From NCBI GenBank assembly GCA_045646345.1, contig JAZRKN010000005.1, positions 32,001 through 96,000 on the forward strand: 64,000 nucleotides of DNA. Reading direction: 5' to 3'. The notes below the pieces were generated by a model, which saw only the letters and a list, made by a program, of their open reading frames with translations, was not told where the DNA came from and did not search any database. Below are positions 49,820 through 62,574 of this stretch, one piece after another. Numbering within the stretch: the first letter of the stretch is position 1; each line of letters begins with the position of its first letter. This DNA comes from Candidatus Scatovivens sp. (GTDB lineage: Bacteria > Bacillota > Clostridia > TANB77 > CAG-508). The position numbers were made by a program, and so were the translations under genes.

Positions 49820-50680
49820 ATGTCTTTTTCATCAGATATAAAAGAAGAATTAAGTAAAGTAAATAATTTAAAAAATAAAGATATATTAGAGGCTGAGTTT
49901 TTAGGATATATTCTTACAGGAAATACAACAAATAATGATGATATCCTAGAATTTATAACGGAAAATGAATTTAATATAGAAAGATTTTATAGAATATTAT
50001 TTAATTTAGAAATTGAATATGAACCTAATATAAGAGGAAAAGTTTTTGTTGCAACAATAAATAAAACTGAAAAAGTAAATGAATTAATGCAAATAAAAAT
50101 TGATGCAAATGAAGAAATTCAAAAGGCTATCGTAAAAGGGGCTTTTTTAGGTGCTGGTTCAATAACAGATCCTAATAAACAATATCATTTAGAAATTATT
50201 TTTGAAGAAAAAAATAATGCTGAATATGTTTTAAATATATGTAAAAGTTTTGGAGTATTTTTAAAAGTATTAGAACTTGAAAATAAAGTTCAATTATATA
50301 TAAAAGATGGAGAAGAAATCTCAAAATTTTTAGCTTTACTAGGAGCTAACAAAGGTGTGCTTTCTTTTGAAGATGTAAGAGTAACAAAAGAAATAAAAAA
50401 CAATGTAAATAGATTAGTTAATTGCGAGACTGCTAATTTAAACAAAATTGTAAACGCATCAGTAAATCAAGTTAATGATATAAAATTGATTCAAAATTTA
50501 AACAAATTTGAAGAGCTTCCAGATTATTTAAAAGAGATTGCTCTTTTAAGATTAGAAAATCCAGATGCTAGTTTAAAAGCTTTAGGAGAAATGCTAGAAA
50601 ATCCAATTGGTAAATCAGGAGTAAATCATAGATTACAAAAGATTCATGATTTTGCAGAAGAGCTAAGAAAAGGTAATTAA
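49820..50680 (+). CDS. whiA: DNA-binding protein WhiA
   Basis: MSFSS.IKEEL, GSITDP..YHLE, NRLVNCETANL, KSGVNHRL. Confidence 0.95.
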   Translation: MSFSSDIKEELSKVNNLKNKDILEAEFLGYILTGNTTNNDDILEFITENEFNIERFYRILFNLEIEYEPNIRGKVFVATINKTEKVNELMQIKIDANEEIQKAIVKGAFLGAGSITDPNKQYHLEIIFEEKNNAEYVLNICKSFGVFLKVLELENKVQLYIKDGEEISKFLALLGANKGVLSFEDVRVTKEIKNNVNRLVNCETANLNKIVNASVNQVNDIKLIQNLNKFEELPDYLKEIALLRLENPDASLKALGEMLENPIGKSGVNHRLQKIHDFAEELRKGN

Positions 50681-50689
50681 AGGAGTATT

Positions 50690-51826
50690 ATGGATAGATT
50701 TGGGATATATGTACATATTCCATTTTGCAAACAGAAATGTAAATATTGTGATTTTATTTCGTTTGCATGCTATGGAGAAAAATATAAAGAATATGTAGAT
50801 TGTTTAATTAATGAAATAATAAATAAAAAAATAGAAAATATAAAATGTGTAAACACAATTTATATTGGTGGAGGAACTCCATCTATTTTAGAATCGAATG
50901 ATGTTGTAAAAATTATAGATGCTATAAAACAAAGATTTAAAATAGAAAGTGATTGTGAAATAACTATTGAAGTTAATCCTGGCACAGTGACAAAAACAAA
51001 ATTAGAAGACTATAAAAATGCTGGGATAAATAGATTAAGTATTGGGCTTCAATCTACAAGTGATAGAATATTAAAATTAATTGGAAGAATACATTCTTAT
51101 GAAGAATTTTTGAATACATATAACTTAGCAAAAGAAGTTGGCTTTGAAAATATAAATGTAGATTTAATGCTTGCAATTCCGACTCAAACAGAGACAGAAT
51201 TATTAGAGAGTGTACAAAAAGTTATTGATTTAAATCCAAAACATATATCTTTATATTCATTAATTCTTGAAGAAGGAACTGAACTTGAAAAAATGATATC
51301 AGAAGGAAAATATGAATTGTTATCAGAAGAACTAGAAAGAAAAATGTATTGGGATACCAAAAAACTTTTAGAATCAAATTCTTATAATCATTATGAAATA
51401 TCTAATTTTTCTAAGATTGGTTATGAATCGAAACACAATAGAGATTGTTGGAATCAAGAAGAATATATTGGTTTCGGAGTTGCTGCACATTCATACTATA
51501 AAGATGTAAGATTTGCGAATATAATTTCATTAGAAAAATATATTGATAACATAAAAAACAATAATATGGAAAAAAATGTTGAGATTCATGAAGTTCAAGA
51601 TAAACCTGCTAAAATGAGAGAATTTATGCTAATTGGTTTGAGACAAATTAATGGTGTAAAGATTTCAGATTTTGAAAGAAAGTTTAGAATAAATCCATTA
51701 TTTTATTTTAGATTTGAAATAAGCAAATTAACTGATGAAGATTTGATTGAAGTTGATTTAGATAATATAAAATTGACTAAAAAAGGTCTAGATTTAGCTA
51801 ATCAAGTTTTTGAGGAATTTATATAA
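50690..51826 (+). CDS. hemW: Radical SAM heme chaperone HemW (HemN-like)
   Basis: YVHIPFC..KC.YCDF, GGGTPS, YEISNF, HN..W; upstream of hrcA. Confidence 0.93.
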   Translation: MDRFGIYVHIPFCKQKCKYCDFISFACYGEKYKEYVDCLINEIINKKIENIKCVNTIYIGGGTPSILESNDVVKIIDAIKQRFKIESDCEITIEVNPGTVTKTKLEDYKNAGINRLSIGLQSTSDRILKLIGRIHSYEEFLNTYNLAKEVGFENINVDLMLAIPTQTETELLESVQKVIDLNPKHISLYSLILEEGTELEKMISEGKYELLSEELERKMYWDTKKLLESNSYNHYEISNFSKIGYESKHNRDCWNQEEYIGFGVAAHSYYKDVRFANIISLEKYIDNIKNNNMEKNVEIHEVQDKPAKMREFMLIGLRQINGVKISDFERKFRINPLFYFRFEISKLTDEDLIEVDLDNIKLTKKGLDLANQVFEEFI

Positions 51827-51933
51827 AAAAATTAAGAAAAAAAGCACTTTCTAAGTGCTTTTTTTTGATCTAAAAACTCATAAAAATAAATGAATATTTT
51901 CTATTGACAAAAGCAAAATAAAGTTATATTATA

Positions 51934-51960
51934 TTGGCAGTCAAACATCAAGTTTGCTAA
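51934..51960 (+). promoter_or_regulatory. CIRCE element (HrcA operator)
   Basis: TTGGCAGTC-N9-GTTTGCTAA downstream of the TTGACA-17-TATTAT promoter. Confidence 0.8.
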
Positions 51961-51971
51961 AAAGAGGTGAA

Positions 51972-53000
51972 ATGATGTCAGAAGAATTAGATAAAAGAAA
52001 GAAAAAATTACTACAAGCAATAATCGAGGAATACATTGAAACAGCTGAACCTGTAAGCTCTGGGAACTTAGTAAAACAATTAGAATGTAGTAGTGCAACA
52101 ATAAGAAATGAGATGGCTGAATTAGAGAAAAATGGTTTCTTAGAAAAGCCACACACTTCTGCAGGAAGGGTACCTTCACAAAAAGGTTATAGATACTATG
52201 TTGATGAGCTAGTTAGAGATGACAAACTAACAAAAAAAGAAATGGAAATTATAAAAGATAGATTAGAAACTAAGGTAAATGCATTAGAAGATTTGACTAA
52301 AATTGCAACAACAACTTTATCTGAAATAACACATTATACTGCAATTACAATAGCACCAGATGTAAATAATCATATAATAATAGATATTAAATTTGTATTA
52401 CTTGGTAGTAGAGTTTTGATGGCAGTAATTTTGACTGACTCTGGAGTAATAAGGGAATCAATAATAAAATTTGATGAAGATATAACTGGAGAACAAGTTG
52501 AAGATTTGACTAATATATTTAGAAATAAATTAGTTGGAAAACCATTAGAAGCAATGAATTCACCATTAGAAGATTTTATAATGGGAGAAATGCAAACAAG
52601 CATTAAAATAATAAAAAAAGTAATAGAAGAAATAAATAAAATTATAATAGAATCTCAACAAGTATATCTAGACGGAGCGAATAAAGTTGTAGATATGCCT
52701 GAATTTAAAAAAGTAGATGTTGCAAAAGACTTTTTAAATGTACTTGATGCAAAAGATTTAGTAGCAGATGTTTTAAATACAGGAGTTGCAGATAACATTA
52801 ATATATACATAGGTGAAGAAACAGAAAAAGAACAACTAAAGAATTTTAGTATAGTTACATTTAATCACTTATTAGAAGGAAAAGATATTGGAACTATAGG
52901 TATTATAGGACCAACTAGAATGGATTACTCAAAAGTAATCTCAGTAATGAAATATATAAGCAAAAAAATTAATGACGATTTTAAAAATGGAAAATTTTAA
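51972..53000 (+). CDS. hrcA: Heat-inducible transcription repressor
   Basis: SSATIRNEMA.LE..G.L..PHTSAGRVP; IGIIGPTRMDY. Confidence 0.97.
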   Translation: MMSEELDKRKKKLLQAIIEEYIETAEPVSSGNLVKQLECSSATIRNEMAELEKNGFLEKPHTSAGRVPSQKGYRYYVDELVRDDKLTKKEMEIIKDRLETKVNALEDLTKIATTTLSEITHYTAITIAPDVNNHIIIDIKFVLLGSRVLMAVILTDSGVIRESIIKFDEDITGEQVEDLTNIFRNKLVGKPLEAMNSPLEDFIMGEMQTSIKIIKKVIEEINKIIIESQQVYLDGANKVVDMPEFKKVDVAKDFLNVLDAKDLVADVLNTGVADNINIYIGEETEKEQLKNFSIVTFNHLLEGKDIGTIGIIGPTRMDYSKVISVMKYISKKINDDFKNGKF

Positions 53001-53011
53001 GAAAGTGAGGA

Positions 53012-53521
53012 ATGGATTTGGAAAACGAAGAAAAAATTGTAAATGAAGAAGTTGAAAACACAGTAGAGGTTAAAAACAATTCAGAAGAATTAAATAAATT
53101 AAAAGAAGAATATAATGAATTAGATGACAGATATAAAAGAATGTTTGCTGAATTTGAAAATTACAAAAAAAGAAGTCAAAAAGAAAAAGAAGGAATATAT
53201 GGAATGATTACAGGAGATGTTGTAGCAACAATGTTACCTGTAATGGACAATTTACAAAAAGCAGCTGAAGCAAAAACAGAAGATACAGGATACCAAGAAG
53301 GTGTAAAACTTGTGTATAGACAATTCGCTGAAGGATTAAAAAGTTTAGGATTAGAAGAAATTGAAACAGTAGGAAAAAGATTTGATCCTGAATTTCATGA
53401 AGCTGTTAGTCATGTTCAAGATGACACAAAAGGAGAACAAGAAATTGTTCAAGAATATAGAAAAGGCTACAAAATAGGAAATAAAGTTGTAAGACATTCT
53501 ATGGTTATAGTAGCTAATTAA
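53012..53521 (+). CDS. grpE: Nucleotide exchange factor GrpE
   Basis: AEFENYKKR, FDPEFHEA, GY....VVR...V.V. Confidence 0.97.
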   Translation: MDLENEEKIVNEEVENTVEVKNNSEELNKLKEEYNELDDRYKRMFAEFENYKKRSQKEKEGIYGMITGDVVATMLPVMDNLQKAAEAKTEDTGYQEGVKLVYRQFAEGLKSLGLEEIETVGKRFDPEFHEAVSHVQDDTKGEQEIVQEYRKGYKIGNKVVRHSMVIVAN

Positions 53522-53638
53522 TTTCGTTATTAATTTTATTTATTTTCAATAAATAACCTTTAAATAAAAGAGAATTATTTGAAAATAAATATGCAAGATT
53601 GGCAAATAATGAAATTTGCTGATTAAGCTTTAATATAG

Positions 53639-55564
<1,926 letters not shown>

Positions 55565-55712
55565 TCTTTAAAAAATGGTTATAAAAGAGGTCAGAAAATA
55601 AGCTCTGACCTCTATATAGCTATTTTAATAGGTATAATTATAAAAAAGATAAATATAGTGTAGAAATAAACAAAAAATATTTATTGATACATTTTAGGAG
55701 GAAACAGTAGTA

Positions 55713-56867
55713 ATGGCACAAAAACGTGATTATTATGAAGTATTAGGTGTAGGAAAAAATGCAACAGATGATGAACTAAAAAAAGCATTTAGAAAACTTG
55801 CCAAAAAATATCATCCAGATGCAAATTTAGATAATAAAGAAGAAGCAGAAAAGAAATTCAAAGAAGTAAATGAAGCGTATGAAATTCTTTCGGATAAACA
55901 AAAACGACAAATGTATGATCAATTTGGATTTGATGGACCTCAAGGATTTAACGGTGGTCAAGGTGGTTATTATTCTTATGGGTCTGGATTTGATGGTTTT
56001 GGTGGATTTTCTGATTTTGGAGACTTTGGAGATTTAGGAGATATTTTCTCATCATTCTTTGGTGGAGGAGCTTCAAGAACTAAGACTTCAACTTATGCAA
56101 GAAAAGGTGCTGATTTAAAAGTTAATTTAGATATAACATTTGAAGAAGCCTATTCGGGTGTAGAAAAAGAAATAAGCATAAATAGAAATGAAAATTGTTC
56201 ACATTGTAATGGAACTGGAGCTAAAAGAGGAACAAGTCCAGAAAAATGTTCTGTATGTAATGGAACAGGAAAAATCAAACAAGTTGTTACAACACCATTC
56301 GGTCAAATGGCTACACAAAAAATATGTACACAATGTGGTGGAGATGGAAAGATAATAAAAGAACCATGTCCAGAATGTAAAGGAAAAGGAATTAACAAAA
56401 AATCAATTAAACTTAAAGTAAAAATTCCAGAAGGAATTGATGAAGGTCAAACAATAGTGCTTAAAGGTGAAGGTGAAGTAGGTGCAAATGGTGGACCAAA
56501 AGGTGATTTGTATATTGTAATTCATATAAGAAGACATTCAATATATACAAGAAAAGCAGAACATGTTTTGTGTGATATTCCAATAACAATTACTGGGGCA
56601 ACTTTAGGAACAGAAATTGAGGTTCCAATGGTAGATGGAACAAAAGAAATTTATAGAATTCCTGAAGGAACACAAACTGGAACTAAATTCACAATAAAAA
56701 ATAAAGGTTTCAAATCTGTAAATGGAAATTGGAGAGGTGATTTTGTATTCACTGTAGTTGTTCAAACACCTAAAAAATTAACTAAAGAACAAAGAGATTT
56801 ATTAGTTGAACTTGCAAAAACAATGAATGAACAACCACCAATTAAGAAAAAAGGTATATTTGGATAA
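55713..56867 (+). CDS. dnaJ: Chaperone DnaJ
   Basis: J domain HPD, G/F region, four CxxCxGxG. Confidence 0.98.
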   Translation: MAQKRDYYEVLGVGKNATDDELKKAFRKLAKKYHPDANLDNKEEAEKKFKEVNEAYEILSDKQKRQMYDQFGFDGPQGFNGGQGGYYSYGSGFDGFGGFSDFGDFGDLGDIFSSFFGGGASRTKTSTYARKGADLKVNLDITFEEAYSGVEKEISINRNENCSHCNGTGAKRGTSPEKCSVCNGTGKIKQVVTTPFGQMATQKICTQCGGDGKIIKEPCPECKGKGINKKSIKLKVKIPEGIDEGQTIVLKGEGEVGANGGPKGDLYIVIHIRRHSIYTRKAEHVLCDIPITITGATLGTEIEVPMVDGTKEIYRIPEGTQTGTKFTIKNKGFKSVNGNWRGDFVFTVVVQTPKKLTKEQRDLLVELAKTMNEQPPIKKKGIFG

Positions 56868-57044
56868 AAAATATTTTGAGACGGAGAAAAAAGAGGATTT
56901 TTTCTCCGTTTTTATTTATTTAAAAACATGCAAAAGCTAGCAATAGTTTACTTTTAGGCATTTTTGTGATATAATTAATGTAACTTTTTTTAAGAAAGGA
57001 TGGTGTGCAGTTTAACTTTTTATTTTACAATAACAAGGAGGGAC

Positions 57045-58175
57045 ATGATGATAATTAAAAAGGAAACAAAAAACGAAAAAGACAAACGGCTGTTAGGATC
57101 GTTAAGCCCAATCTTTCATGAGACGTTAAAGTCTTTGTGGAAAAAAACGATCGACTATATCCAAGACTTTGGATGGATAAATCCAGATGAACCAAATTAT
57201 ATCTACCCTGACATCTACAGCGTTGCTCATCAGTACTACAGATATTTGCGTGCTGTTGACACTTCTGAATGGGATGAGAGGGAACAGGAGATTTGGCGCA
57301 TGTTTTTGGATTGTCATCCCGCAATTATCAAGAGGCGCAAAAGATTAAGAGCATCTCTGGACTTTGCAGAAAAGCTTAATATGCTTAACCTGAATATTGG
57401 TATTTGGGCCATTTACGAATGGTTTCCGAGTTGCAATTTAGGTTTTTCGTACATTATGAATGTAAAGGGGTTAATCTCTGATTATACGAAAAGCCTTCTG
57501 AAGTGTGTTGAGCAAGCTGTAGATGGAGATGGCGTTACTGCGACTCCTGTGATGTATGATCGCATCAGAGGCAGAATTGTCTTAGAGACTTGTAAAGGTG
57601 ATCCTACAGAACAGTTGATGAAAATTGCGCAATTGTACGTCAATATCTTAACTAACCCGTTTTCTAAAGAGTTCCAAGCATTCAAAAAATGGGTACAAAC
57701 CGATACGCATCAGTATGGTGGATGTGAAATTCCACGTGAAAGAATTCTGAAGCTCCTTAATGAAATTGAAGATGAAAATCTCAATCTGGTAGAAACCAGA
57801 AATTATATCACTAAGGATGCTGGGCATAGGGCTTTCCATATAATTCTGTCATATTTGTCGGATAGTACGGGCCTTATGCATACCGAAATTCAGATTGTTG
57901 ATCGAATAACTGCTGCGAGGGATGAAGGTGTTTGTTATACAGGTAACTACTGTAGTGAGGACCAAAAAATTCCAAACAGACAGCAGGCCCACGATGTGTA
58001 CAAAGAATTTAGAAATGCTTGGGCTGCAGAAACTTTTGTGGAAGGACTGCAGAACATAAGGCTGTATGGCTTCGTTTCCGATGAAGAAGGCAATTTCAAT
58101 GATGATGCAGGTATCGTCAAAGATCGCCCGTTCGGCAAACGTTTGGCTGATAAGCACAGCATTCCTAGAAGTTAG
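57045..58175 (+). CDS. Orphan with divergent RelA/SpoT (alarmone synthetase-like) domain
   Basis: YDRIRGRIV, NYITK.AGHRAFH, EIQIV, AHDVYK in canonical order; own promoter TTTACT-17-TATAAT and terminator 58199-58231. Confidence 0.65.
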   Translation: MMIIKKETKNEKDKRLLGSLSPIFHETLKSLWKKTIDYIQDFGWINPDEPNYIYPDIYSVAHQYYRYLRAVDTSEWDEREQEIWRMFLDCHPAIIKRRKRLRASLDFAEKLNMLNLNIGIWAIYEWFPSCNLGFSYIMNVKGLISDYTKSLLKCVEQAVDGDGVTATPVMYDRIRGRIVLETCKGDPTEQLMKIAQLYVNILTNPFSKEFQAFKKWVQTDTHQYGGCEIPRERILKLLNEIEDENLNLVETRNYITKDAGHRAFHIILSYLSDSTGLMHTEIQIVDRITAARDEGVCYTGNYCSEDQKIPNRQQAHDVYKEFRNAWAAETFVEGLQNIRLYGFVSDEEGNFNDDAGIVKDRPFGKRLADKHSIPRS

Positions 58176-58333
58176 TATACTGATTTCTAAAAAAAGAAGC
58201 TCCCTGGAAATTTCCAGGGAGTGATTTTTTTGTATAAATTAAGATGATTTATTATTTAATTTTATTGCATAAATCTAGCTAAAATGATAAAATCACAACA
58301 AACATATATTTGTTATACAAAGGAGAAAAATGT

Positions 58334-59497
58334 ATGGAGAAAGAATATGCATTAGTTTTAGCTGGAGGTGGAACCAGAGGTTCTTATCAAGTTGGTGCTT
58401 GGAAGGCTTTAAAAGATTTGGGAATAAAAGTAAAAGCAGTAATGGGAACTTCTATTGGTTCTTTAAATGGTGCTTTAATTCTTCAAGATGATGTCGATTT
58501 GATGATAGAATTGTATCAAAATTTAGAATTAAAAGATATGATGGAAATAAATGAAAAAGTTGATACCAGCAAAAATTTATTTGACATAAAAAATCTTAAA
58601 CCATTAATTAAAGAATATAGAACTCAAAAAGGGATAAATAATAAACCGTTAAGGGATACTATTGAAAAATATATAGATTTGAAAAAGATTTACAAATCAA
58701 AAATGGATTTCGGATTAGTCACATATTCTGTTGATAATGAGGCTCCTTTACAATTATATAAAGAACAAATTCCTAAAGATGAGTTTGTTGATTTTCTTCT
58801 AGCAAGTTCTTGTCTTCCAATTTTTAAAAATCAAAAGATTGGAAATTTCCAATTTGTAGATGGTGCATTTTATGATAATATTCCGATAAATATGGCTATA
58901 GAAAAAGGCTATAAAGATATTATAGTAATAGATATAAATGGAACAGGATTTAATAGAAGATTAGCAGATAAAAATATATATTTAAAAGTAATTTCGCCAA
59001 ATGAAAATTTAGGTGGAACAATGAATTTTAATAAAGATAGAATGAACAATAATATTGCACTTGGATATCTAGATACAATGAGAAGTTTTAATAAAATGCA
59101 AGGGCATATTTATTATTTTTATTCAAGTGAATTTAATAGAATGCTTGAGGTATTTAATCTGCAAACAATATATGGATTAGAAAATGCTGCTAAAATTTAT
59201 GGATTAAATAAATATAAACCATATAAATTTGAGGAATTTATTGAAGAATTGATGCAAAAACATAATGAAGCAAAAGAAAAATATAAACAATTACAACATT
59301 TATCAGAAGAAAAAAATATAGCGAAATTAAAATCTAATGTTGAAACAATGTTTAAGGAAAAACTTGGAATATGTTTTGTAACGGATGTGTATTTAGATAA
59401 ACCAATGTCTAAAAGATTCGATTATTTAAGATATTTCATACAAGATTATGTGGATTCTGTATCTGCTTTATTAGAATTAGAAAATTATATAAAATAG
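58334..59497 (+). CDS. Patatin-like phospholipase
   Basis: GGGTRG, GTSIG, DGA motifs. Confidence 0.92.
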   Translation: MEKEYALVLAGGGTRGSYQVGAWKALKDLGIKVKAVMGTSIGSLNGALILQDDVDLMIELYQNLELKDMMEINEKVDTSKNLFDIKNLKPLIKEYRTQKGINNKPLRDTIEKYIDLKKIYKSKMDFGLVTYSVDNEAPLQLYKEQIPKDEFVDFLLASSCLPIFKNQKIGNFQFVDGAFYDNIPINMAIEKGYKDIIVIDINGTGFNRRLADKNIYLKVISPNENLGGTMNFNKDRMNNNIALGYLDTMRSFNKMQGHIYYFYSSEFNRMLEVFNLQTIYGLENAAKIYGLNKYKPYKFEEFIEELMQKHNEAKEKYKQLQHLSEEKNIAKLKSNVETMFKEKLGICFVTDVYLDKPMSKRFDYLRYFIQDYVDSVSALLELENYIK

Positions 59498-59525
59498 ATT
59501 TAAAAACGAAAATGGAGAGGATAAC

Positions 59526-61757
59526 TTGGAGCTAAGAGGGCAAATAGAAGAAATTATATATCAAAACGAATCAAATAGTTATACAATCGCAGTATTCTCT
59601 ACTGAAGAAGAACAAACAATCTTAACAGTAGTTGGATATTTGCCTTTTATTGCTACTGGAGATTCTCTAAAAATAAAGGGTAAAATGGTTGTTCATCAAG
59701 ACTATGGAGAACAATTTAAAATTGATACTTTTGAAAAATTAATGCCGCAAACCGCTGCAGCACTTGAGAAATATTTGGCAAGTGGAACAATTAAAGGGAT
59801 TGGTCCTGCAACTGCTAGAAAAATTATTGATAAATTTGGTGAAGAAACTTTAACAATATTTAAGTTCGAACCAATGCGTTTAGCAGAAATAAAAGGGATA
59901 TCAAAAGATAAAGCTTACGAAATTGGTGAAGAATTTAACGAAAAATGGGAAGTTTGGCAAATTGTAAGTTTTCTTGAAGAGTTTGGAATTGGAGCTAATA
60001 ATAGTAAAAAAGTATATGATGCTTTAGGAGCTAATGCGGTTGAAAAGATTCAAGAAAATCCATATGTTTTAGTAGATATTGTATATGGTGTAAATTTTAA
60101 TAATATAGATAAAATTGCTATGCAAATAGGAATTCCTATGGATAGTGATCATAGAATAAAAAGTGGTATAAAATATGCATTGCTTGTTGCAAGTTATAAT
60201 GGACATACGTGTGTTTTAAAACAAAACTTGATTGACTATGTAAAAAATGTACTAGAAGTTGATGAAGAAAGAATTGAAGATAATTTAATTAATTTAAATG
60301 TGAGTTCAAAAATACATATTGTTGTTGAAAATCATGAAGAATATGTATTTTTAGAAGAATTATATAAAGCAGAAAAATATATTGCGCAAAGACTTGTGAC
60401 TTTAAGAGATTGTGATAATGTTAAATATATTAGAAATTTTGACAATGAAATAAAAAAACATGAAGAAAAAATAGATATTGAACTTTCAGAAAAACAATTT
60501 GATGCAGTAAGACAAATAAATGAAAATAATGTATGTATAATAACTGGTGGACCTGGTACAGGGAAAACAACAATTATAAGATGTGTATTAGAATTATATA
60601 AGTCTCATAAAAAGAAAGTTGTTCTTTGTGCGCCAACGGGAAGAGCAGCAAAAAGAATGAGTGAAGCAACAGGAGAAGATGCTAAAACAATACATAGATT
60701 ATTAGAAATTGGAAAATTTGAAGAGGATAAACTAGGAAGTGTAGATACTGATGTTGCACCAGTTGATGCTGATGTTTTAGTTGTTGATGAAATGTCAATG
60801 GTTGATGTCTTTTTAATGAATTATTTAGTAAAAGCATTATTTCTAGGAACAAAAGTAATTTTTGTTGGGGATCCAAATCAATTGCCTTCAGTAGGACCAG
60901 GATGCGTTTTAAAGGATTTAATTGATTCTGGTGAATTTGCTACAGTACACTTAGATAAAATTTTTAGACAAGCTGCAAAAAGTAAAATAATAGTTAATGC
61001 ACATAATGTTAATAATGGCGTGAATTTTATTGGAAATAAATCCTATGGAGATGATTCAGAAAATGATTTCTTTTATATAAATGAGGCAAATCAAGATAAA
61101 ATGCTTTATCAAGTTTTATCTTTAAGCAAAGAGAGATTAAAAAACTATGGAGATTATGAATTCTTTAAAAATATTCAAGTTTTGACTCCTACTAAAAAAG
61201 GAAAAATGGGAACTAAAGAATTAAATAAATCTCTACAAGAAGCCTTGAATCCAAAAGTAGATGAAATATTAGAAAAAAATTATGGTGAAATAATTTTTAG
61301 AGAAGGCGATAGAGTAATGCAAATCAAAAACAATTATGATATTTATTGGGAAAAGGGAAGTAGAAATGATTTGCGTACTTATGAATCTGGAACAGGTGTA
61401 TTTAATGGCGAAATTGGAAGAATAGGAAAAATAAGCACTGAAGAAAGACAAATACAAGTAGAATTTGATGATGGAAAAGTAACTTGGTATGCTTTTTCAG
61501 AATTAGATCAATTAGAGCATGCCTATGCAATAACTATTCATAAAGCACAAGGTAGTGAGTTTGATGTTGTCATATTAGTAGTACCTCAATCTTCAAATAT
61601 GCTACTTACAAGAAATCTGTTGTATACAGGAATTACGAGAGCGAAAAAACTTTTGATTGTAATTGGAAATAAAAATTTAATTGAATTTATGATTAATAAT
61701 TGTGACACTAAAAAAAGAAATACAGGATTAAGACTTAAATTTGAAAATATTGATTAA
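59526..61757 (+). CDS. recD2: ATP-dependent RecD2 helicase
   Basis: N-terminal OB/HhH (GIGPATA), GGPGTGKT, DEMSMV, GDPNQL, HKAQGSE, YTGITRA. Confidence 0.96.
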   Translation: MELRGQIEEIIYQNESNSYTIAVFSTEEEQTILTVVGYLPFIATGDSLKIKGKMVVHQDYGEQFKIDTFEKLMPQTAAALEKYLASGTIKGIGPATARKIIDKFGEETLTIFKFEPMRLAEIKGISKDKAYEIGEEFNEKWEVWQIVSFLEEFGIGANNSKKVYDALGANAVEKIQENPYVLVDIVYGVNFNNIDKIAMQIGIPMDSDHRIKSGIKYALLVASYNGHTCVLKQNLIDYVKNVLEVDEERIEDNLINLNVSSKIHIVVENHEEYVFLEELYKAEKYIAQRLVTLRDCDNVKYIRNFDNEIKKHEEKIDIELSEKQFDAVRQINENNVCIITGGPGTGKTTIIRCVLELYKSHKKKVVLCAPTGRAAKRMSEATGEDAKTIHRLLEIGKFEEDKLGSVDTDVAPVDADVLVVDEMSMVDVFLMNYLVKALFLGTKVIFVGDPNQLPSVGPGCVLKDLIDSGEFATVHLDKIFRQAAKSKIIVNAHNVNNGVNFIGNKSYGDDSENDFFYINEANQDKMLYQVLSLSKERLKNYGDYEFFKNIQVLTPTKKGKMGTKELNKSLQEALNPKVDEILEKNYGEIIFREGDRVMQIKNNYDIYWEKGSRNDLRTYESGTGVFNGEIGRIGKISTEERQIQVEFDDGKVTWYAFSELDQLEHAYAITIHKAQGSEFDVVILVVPQSSNMLLTRNLLYTGITRAKKLLIVIGNKNLIEFMINNCDTKKRNTGLRLKFENID

Positions 61758-61972
61758 ACTCTTATAAAAAATATAAGAGTTTTTTTTATAAGAGGGTATG
61801 TTGACATAATTTGACTTTGGCGTAAATTAATGATATAATACAAACGATGGTTTTTATAGTGGAATTGTCATTTTAATATAGAGTACACCAAGAGAACGGT
61901 AGGAAAATATTAAAAATTATGACAATTGGTACGAAAGATAAAAACTATCCCATTGGCAGGAGGACGTACATT

Positions 61973-62371
61973 ATGGTTAAAGACGGAAATGGGATTTTTG
62001 TTTTAGTGGATTTCTTTACTGAAACAGTTGCAGTATTACCAACTGGTTACGATGATTTTGAAGAACTTGTAAAATATATAACAATTGATACAAGTGGCAA
62101 TGCTTCTAAATTGTGCTTTTGTGAGAGAAGTGATAATCACTTAATTCAAACCTTAGATTTTTATCAAGGACATAAAGTTGGATCAGAGATTTCTTATACA
62201 GAATATGTATTGGTATCTTGGGGGAAAATTAATATTGAAATTACTTTGACAAATGGAGAAGTTATTGAATTTCAAACTGCATACGACAGATTCTGGTTGG
62301 ATACAAACAGCGAAAATTTAAAAGTAATAACATATGAAGAAATTCATAAAGGGAAACCTGGACTAAGATAG
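61973..62371 (+). CDS. Orphan hypothetical protein
   Basis: AGGAGG RBS before ATG 61973; promoter TTGACT-17-TATAAT (61811-61839); terminator overlapping the stop. Confidence 0.65.
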   Translation: MVKDGNGIFVLVDFFTETVAVLPTGYDDFEELVKYITIDTSGNASKLCFCERSDNHLIQTLDFYQGHKVGSEISYTEYVLVSWGKINIEITLTNGEVIEFQTAYDRFWLDTNSENLKVITYEEIHKGKPGLR

Positions 62372-62465
62372 TCCGGGTTTTTTTGTTTAAAAAAATGTTG
62401 ATAAAAAGTGATATTTAGCAGTTTTTGGAAATAAAAAATAGATAGGAAATTAAGTTATCAAAAAC

Positions 62466-62537
62466 TGTCGAAATGCTCTAAAAATATGACAAAACTAGTG
62501 TTTTTTCTTCGAAGGGAATTTTGAATAAAATTAGAAT
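62466..62537 (+). promoter_or_regulatory. spoIIA promoter: Spo0A box and sigmaH-type elements
   Basis: Perfect 0A box TGTCGAA (62466-62472); GGGAATT...AGAAT. Confidence 0.7.
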
Positions 62538-62574
62538 ATTAATATATCAAAAGATAAAAGGAGGTAATATAAAA

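Noticed and set aside
53599-53622. Second CIRCE before dnaK (TTGGCAAAT-N6-ATTTGCTGA)
   Set aside because: Spacer is 6 rather than 9 bp and the inner bases differ; more likely an mRNA stem-loop
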